A DNA stretch of 64,000 nt from NCBI GenBank assembly GCA_963676795.2, contig CAXXTB010000002.1, forward strand, positions 544,001 to 608,000. Direction: 5' to 3'. Position 1 is the stretch's first letter. Each line of letters opens with the position of its first letter. The position numbers and the translations under genes are program-made. Source of the DNA: Geopsychrobacteraceae bacterium (GTDB lineage: Bacteria; Desulfobacterota; Desulfuromonadia; Desulfuromonadales; Geopsychrobacteraceae). Below the pieces are notes generated by a model, which worked only from the letters and a program-made list of their open reading frames with translations, had not been told where the DNA came from and ran no database searches. Shown piece by piece: positions 59,664 through 64,000 of the stretch.

Positions 59664-60572
59664 TTAATGTTTCTTCATGCCAAGCAGTTGGCGCAGGGCA
59701 TGTCTGGCGATCTGCGGGTTCTCCTTGAGCCGCCGTTTTGAATAGGGGAGCCAGTCTTCGCCGTAGGGGACGTAGATCCGCAAACGATGGCCATTACGCA
59801 GGATGACCTGGCGTAGCTCTTCATCGACGCCGAGGAGCATCTGGAACTCATACTGATCGGGTTTGAGGTTGTATTTGCGCACCAGGTTCATCCCTTCGAA
59901 GACCAGCCGTTCATCGTGGGTCGCGATACCGACATAGGCCCCCTGCTGGATCATCAGTTCCAGCGCTGCGATGTAGTTTCCGTTGATCGCCAGCGGATGT
60001 TTCCAGGCATGGAGCCTTGGCTCGATGTAGATTCCTTTGCACAGCCGGTAGTTCTGATAGCCGTCGCCCAGGGCAATGACATCATGCGGGGTGCGGTGCA
60101 GGTAGGCCTGCAGCACGGTGCCGACATGACCGGGAAATTCGGCGCGCAGGCGGCGGAAGAAGTCCAGGGTGTCGTCTGTGGTCGGAATATCCTCCATGTC
60201 GATGCGCACAAAGTTGTTCAGCTTCTGCGCTTCGGCAACCAGTTCCCGGATCAGCCCGAAGCAGCCCTCCTTATCGAGCAGCAGCCCCATCTGGGTCGGT
60301 TTTATCGACAGATTGGCGTCCAGTTTTTCGCGGTGGATGGTGTTGAGGATTTTGAGACCATCGTCCTTGAAGCCGACCGCCTGATCAAAACGGGTAATGA
60401 ATTCACCGAGGATGTCGATGGTACTCATCATCCCTTGGGCATTCAGATCTCTGGTGACCTTTACGGCGTCCTCGAGGGTCGAGCCGGCGATGTACCCCTT
60501 GGCGAAATAGCTGACGATCGGCTTGGGCACGTGCATGATGGTTTTGGACACGGCAAAATTGAAAAACGACAT
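59664..60572 (-). CDS. Monofunctional proline dehydrogenase
   Basis: RIDMED, RLCKGIY, IATHD, EFQMLLG, YVPYG..RRLKE. Confidence 0.92.
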   Translation of the reverse strand: MSFFNFAVSKTIMHVPKPIVSYFAKGYIAGSTLEDAVKVTRDLNAQGMMSTIDILGEFITRFDQAVGFKDDGLKILNTIHREKLDANLSIKPTQMGLLLDKEGCFGLIRELVAEAQKLNNFVRIDMEDIPTTDDTLDFFRRLRAEFPGHVGTVLQAYLHRTPHDVIALGDGYQNYRLCKGIYIEPRLHAWKHPLAINGNYIAALELMIQQGAYVGIATHDERLVFEGMNLVRKYNLKPDQYEFQMLLGVDEELRQVILRNGHRLRIYVPYGEDWLPYSKRRLKENPQIARHALRQLLGMKKH

Positions 60573-60615
60573 GATCTGATTCCTGCTTGTTTTGTTGTTT
60601 TTTTGTTCAGGCGTT

Positions 60616-60724
60616 CCTTCTCCCGTCTGGGAGAAGGTGCCCAAAGGGCGGATGAGGGGGCAATTTAATGCAGGTGCCCCTCACCCGTCGTTACACGCCA
60701 CCCTCTCCCCCAACGGGAGAGGGA
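60616..60724. repeat. Palindromic repeat family B, copy 3 (no insertion)
   Basis: CCTTCTCCC-GTCT-GGGAGAAGG TGCCCAAAGGGC GGATGAGGGG / CCCCTCACCCGTCG..GGGAGAGGG. Confidence 0.85.
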
Positions 60725-60732
60725 AGGCCACA

Positions 60733-62382
60733 TTAATCTGCATCGAGAAACGGATATTCAAAGCTGGTCGGTGGTACGAAGTTTTCCTTGATCGCCCGGG
60801 CCGAGACCCAGCGCAACAGGTTCTGCTTGCTGCCGGCCTTGTCGTTGGTTCCTGATGCGCGGGCGCCACCGAAAGGCTGTTGACCGACAACCGCACCGGT
60901 CGGTTTGTCGTTGATATAGAAGTTGCCCGCGGCATTCTCCAACTTGCTCAGCGCCGTGCTGGTGGCCAGGCGGTCCTGCGAGAAGATGCAGCCGGTCAGA
61001 CCGTAGACGGAGGTGGCGTTGCACAGCTCCAGGGTCTCCTCATAGGCCTCATCCTCATAGCAGAAGATGGTGATGACCGGTCCGAAGATCTCCTCTTCCA
61101 TGGTTTTGAAGTGCGGGTTGGTGGTCAGGATGACGGTCGGCTCGATGTACCAGCCCTTGCTGTCGTCGTAGCTGCCGCCGGCAAAGATTTCGGCGTCGGC
61201 AGCGTCCCGGGCGTACTCGATATAGCTGGTGATGTTCTTGAAGGCGGCTTTATCGATAACCGGGTTGACGAAGTTGCCGAAATCGCAGACATCACCGACC
61301 TTGATGCGCGAGAGTTGAGCTTTGATCTCATCGAGGACCGGTTGCCAGATCTGCTTCGGGATGTAAGCGCGGGATGCGGCCGAACATTTCTGCCCCTGGA
61401 ATTCAAAAGCGCCGCGCACGATGCCGGTCGCCAATGCCTTGACGTTGGCCGACGTGTGGGCGAAGACGAAGTCCTTGCCGCCGGTCTCGCCGACGATACG
61501 CGGATAGGTCTTGTATTTCCCGGCGGCCAGGTTGTTGCCGATGGTTTTCCACATTCCCTGGAAGACCGCGGTGCTGCCGGTGAAGTGGATACCGTTGAAG
61601 TCCGGGCTGTCCAGGCAGGTGTCGCCGACTTCACGACCCGATCCCGGTACGAAGTTGATAACGCCGTCAGGAAGACCGGCTTCCTGAAGGATCTTCATCA
61701 GGTAGTACGGGGCATAGACCGCAGATGATGCGGGCTTCCAGATGACGGTGTTGCCCATGATCGCAGGTGAGGTCGGCAGGTTGCCGGCGATGGCGGTAAA
61801 GTTGAACGGCGCCACGGCAAAGACGAAACCTTCCAGCGGGCGGTGCTGCAGATAGTTCCAGGTTGTCGCGGAGTTGTGCATCGGCTGTTCAGCGTAAACC
61901 TGCTGGGCAAAGTAGGCGTTGAAGCGCAGGAAGTCGATCAGTTCACAGGCGGAATCGATTTCAGCCTGGAATGGATTCTTGCCGATATTGAGCATGGTCG
62001 CGGCGTTGATCAGGAAACGATAGGGGCCGGCAAGCAGATCGGCGGCCTTGAGGAAGATCGCTGCACGCTCTTCCCAGCGCAGGCTTTCCCAGGCCGGTTT
62101 GGCGGCCATAGCCGCATCGATGGCCATCTGGGTTTCTTTGGGGCCGGCCTTGTGATAGTAGCCGAGGGTCATCGAGTGGTCGCTCGGATTGGCGATCTTT
62201 TCCAGGTTGCCGGTTCTGATCTCTTTGCCGCCGATGATCAGCGGAACCTCAATCTCTTTGTTTTTCAATTCCTCGAGAGCTGCTCTGATTTTGCTGCGCT
62301 CGGGAGAGCCCGGAGCATAATTGAGGACCGGCTCATTGTGAGGAAATGGAATGCTGATGACTGCGTTGTTCATTAAATTCAT
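60733..62382 (-). CDS. pruA: L-glutamate gamma-semialdehyde (P5C) dehydrogenase
   Basis: NEPVLNYAPGS, FTGST, GETGGK, QGQKCSA, GTNDKAGS. Confidence 0.93.
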   Translation of the reverse strand: MNLMNNAVISIPFPHNEPVLNYAPGSPERSKIRAALEELKNKEIEVPLIIGGKEIRTGNLEKIANPSDHSMTLGYYHKAGPKETQMAIDAAMAAKPAWESLRWEERAAIFLKAADLLAGPYRFLINAATMLNIGKNPFQAEIDSACELIDFLRFNAYFAQQVYAEQPMHNSATTWNYLQHRPLEGFVFAVAPFNFTAIAGNLPTSPAIMGNTVIWKPASSAVYAPYYLMKILQEAGLPDGVINFVPGSGREVGDTCLDSPDFNGIHFTGSTAVFQGMWKTIGNNLAAGKYKTYPRIVGETGGKDFVFAHTSANVKALATGIVRGAFEFQGQKCSAASRAYIPKQIWQPVLDEIKAQLSRIKVGDVCDFGNFVNPVIDKAAFKNITSYIEYARDAADAEIFAGGSYDDSKGWYIEPTVILTTNPHFKTMEEEIFGPVITIFCYEDEAYEETLELCNATSVYGLTGCIFSQDRLATSTALSKLENAAGNFYINDKPTGAVVGQQPFGGARASGTNDKAGSKQNLLRWVSARAIKENFVPPTSFEYPFLDAD

Positions 62383-62441
62383 GGCAACCTCTTTACGGTT
62401 TTTGGATTCAAAGATGTTTCAAGTATATCAGATCTCAGTTT

Positions 62442-62458
62442 AGCGAAAAGGGTGCCAA
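62442..62458 (-). promoter_or_regulatory. Sigma54 -24/-12 promoter of the pruA operon
   Basis: Minus strand TTGGCACCCTTTTCGCT with correct GG-to-GC spacing. Confidence 0.75.
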
Positions 62459-62553
62459 GTTTTTTTCAGGAAGAGAAAGCTTATGTATAACAATGGTTTA
62501 AGGTTTTGGTGGGCTGCGGGTTGGCAGTTTCTAGGGGGCTTTACGTGAGCAGG

Positions 62554-62571
62554 TTATGCGTTTTCGCATAA
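62554..62571. promoter_or_regulatory. Candidate enhancer (UAS) for the adjacent sigma54 activator
   Basis: TTATGCG-TTTT-CGCATAA ~100 bp upstream of the -24; IHF-like TAACAATGGTTTA at 62488-500 in between. Confidence 0.6.
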
Positions 62572-62598
62572 TTCACTCACGGGATGTTGTTGCTGCAA

Positions 62599-64000
62599 TT
62601 AACTGCCGAGGGAGTGTTTCTTTAGTTTTCGGGCGATGGTCGACTGGTTGACGCCGAGGGCGGCCGCCATGTCGGTCTGGTTGCGATAGCGGGTCAGGGC
62701 AGTCTCCAACAAGCGCTTTTCAACCATGTCGAGAGTTTCCTGCAGTGTTGTTCCCGCTTTCAGTTCAGGAATATCGAGGGACTTCTGGGCCTGGATCTGA
62801 GGCGGCAGGTCGGAGACGCCGATCGACTCGGTGTCGGACATAACGACCAGCCGTTCGCAGATATTCATCAGCTCACGCACGTTGCCGGGAAACGGGTAGG
62901 CGGCCAGGCTGTCGAGGGCGGCTTTGGTCAGGCGTTTCTTGCTGCCGCTGCGGGCGCTGAACTTCTCGATATAATGGTGGATCAGCGGCACGATGCAGTC
63001 CTGGCGTTCGCGTACTGCGGGAACCTGGATCGGGATGACGTTCAGCCGGTAGTAGAGATCGAGACGGAATTTGCCCAGCTTGACCAGCTGGTCCATATCC
63101 TGGTGGGTGGCGGCCAGGACGCGGACGTTGACCTTGCGGCTGTTAGTGTCCCCCAGGCGGGTGATCTGGCTGTCTTCGAGAAAACGCAGCAGCTTGACCT
63201 GTGACGGCAGCGGCAGTTCAGCGATCTCGTCGAGGAACAGGGTCCCGCCGTCAGCCAGTTCGAAGTGCCCCGGTTTTCTGTTCTGGGCACCGGTAAAGGC
63301 GCCGCGTTCGTAGCCGAACAGTTCGGCTTCGATCAGCGATTCGGGGATGGCGCCGCAGTTGATCTTGATCAGCGGGTTGCCGCTGCGCGCCGAATTTTTA
63401 TGGATGATGTCGGCCAGCAGCCCCTTGCCGACTCCCGATTCACCGAGGATCAGGACTGAGGAGTCGGCCTTGGCGACCCTTAAGGCCTGCTGCAGGGAGC
63501 GGACCATGGCCGGGCTGCGTGCGATGATCTGCTGGGCTTCGAGGTCGTTCTTCTGCATCTCCAGGATCTGATCGCGAAAGCCGTCGCGGATCGCCTCCTG
63601 CTGTTCCAGTTCACGCTGCAGGCGATCGATTTCACTGATGTCGCGCTCGCTGACGACGACCCGTACCAGCTTACCGCTGTCATCGAAGACCGGGGTGGCG
63701 ATCGAGACCAGGGTGCGGCCGTCCTTCTTCTGCAGCAGGCTGGCCGGCTTGTGGGTGATGCTGGTCTCCAGTGCCGCCGATCTGTCGATAAAGCCGGAAC
63801 TTAACAGTTCTCGCATGTTGCGGCCGACGATCTCGCTGGCCGCCAGGTTGTGGATCTTTTCCGATGCCGGATTCATACGGATGACGTTGGCGTCCGCGTC
63901 ACAGACAAAAAGACCATCGGAAGAGGAATCGATGATCGTGTCCAGCTCGCGCGACAGGGTGTTGAAAGAGGGGAGGCGACGGGTCATGGTGTCGAGCTGG
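62599..64000 (-). CDS. PAS-containing sigma54-dependent transcriptional activator (N-terminus probably beyond the window)
   Basis: GESGVGK, ELFGYERGAFTGA, FLDEI, GNVREL, C-terminal HTH; frame stays open upstream of the Met at 63987. Confidence 0.92.
   Translation of the reverse strand, partial: QLDTMTRRLPSFNTLSRELDTIIDSSSDGLFVCDADANVIRMNPASEKIHNLAASEIVGRNMRELLSSGFIDRSAALETSITHKPASLLQKKDGRTLVSIATPVFDDSGKLVRVVVSERDISEIDRLQRELEQQEAIRDGFRDQILEMQKNDLEAQQIIARSPAMVRSLQQALRVAKADSSVLILGESGVGKGLLADIIHKNSARSGNPLIKINCGAIPESLIEAELFGYERGAFTGAQNRKPGHFELADGGTLFLDEIAELPLPSQVKLLRFLEDSQITRLGDTNSRKVNVRVLAATHQDMDQLVKLGKFRLDLYYRLNVIPIQVPAVRERQDCIVPLIHHYIEKFSARSGSKKRLTKAALDSLAAYPFPGNVRELMNICERLVVMSDTESIGVSDLPPQIQAQKSLDIPELKAGTTLQETLDMVEKRLLETALTRYRNQTDMAAALGVNQSTIARKLKKHSLGS

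Noticed and set aside
1..64000. tRNA, rRNA, IS transposase, integrase or prophage
   Set aside because: No cloverleaf, rRNA signature or recombinase/transposase motif was recognised by eye

Overview
GC-rich chromosomal window, most consistent with an anaerobic Desulfuromonadales/Geobacterales-type bacterium (inferred from gene content and repeat style, not proven). It is mostly transport and metabolism: two LIV-type ABC operons, an aapJQMP operon, a sigma54-controlled proline catabolism block, a cobalamin-riboswitch-controlled btuBFCD operon, SulP-USP, glgP, upp-uraA, prfC, asnS, tpx and a trpR-trpE-trpG cassette with a clear TrpR operator. I found no rRNA, tRNA, CRISPR or transposase. The best candidate for an undescribed system is 47.2-53.2 kb: a MauE/DoxX protein, two exported rhodaneses, a CCG Fe-S oxidoreductase and a ~1000-aa fusion of radical SAM, a cysteine-less SPASM-like domain, an ArsM-like methyltransferase (three metalloid-binding Cys motifs intact) and a Cys-rich DUF5714-like domain. 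This suggests organo-metalloid (As/Se/Sb) chemistry. Also notable: a TonB receptor-YfiR-hybrid kinase-TonB receptor signalling module; a kinase split by a frameshift at a T6 run; a ~200-nt structured intergenic repeat family with compensatory changes; and a second palindromic repeat family carrying a recurrent 15-nt insertion. All protein family calls come from reading motifs; no database search was run.
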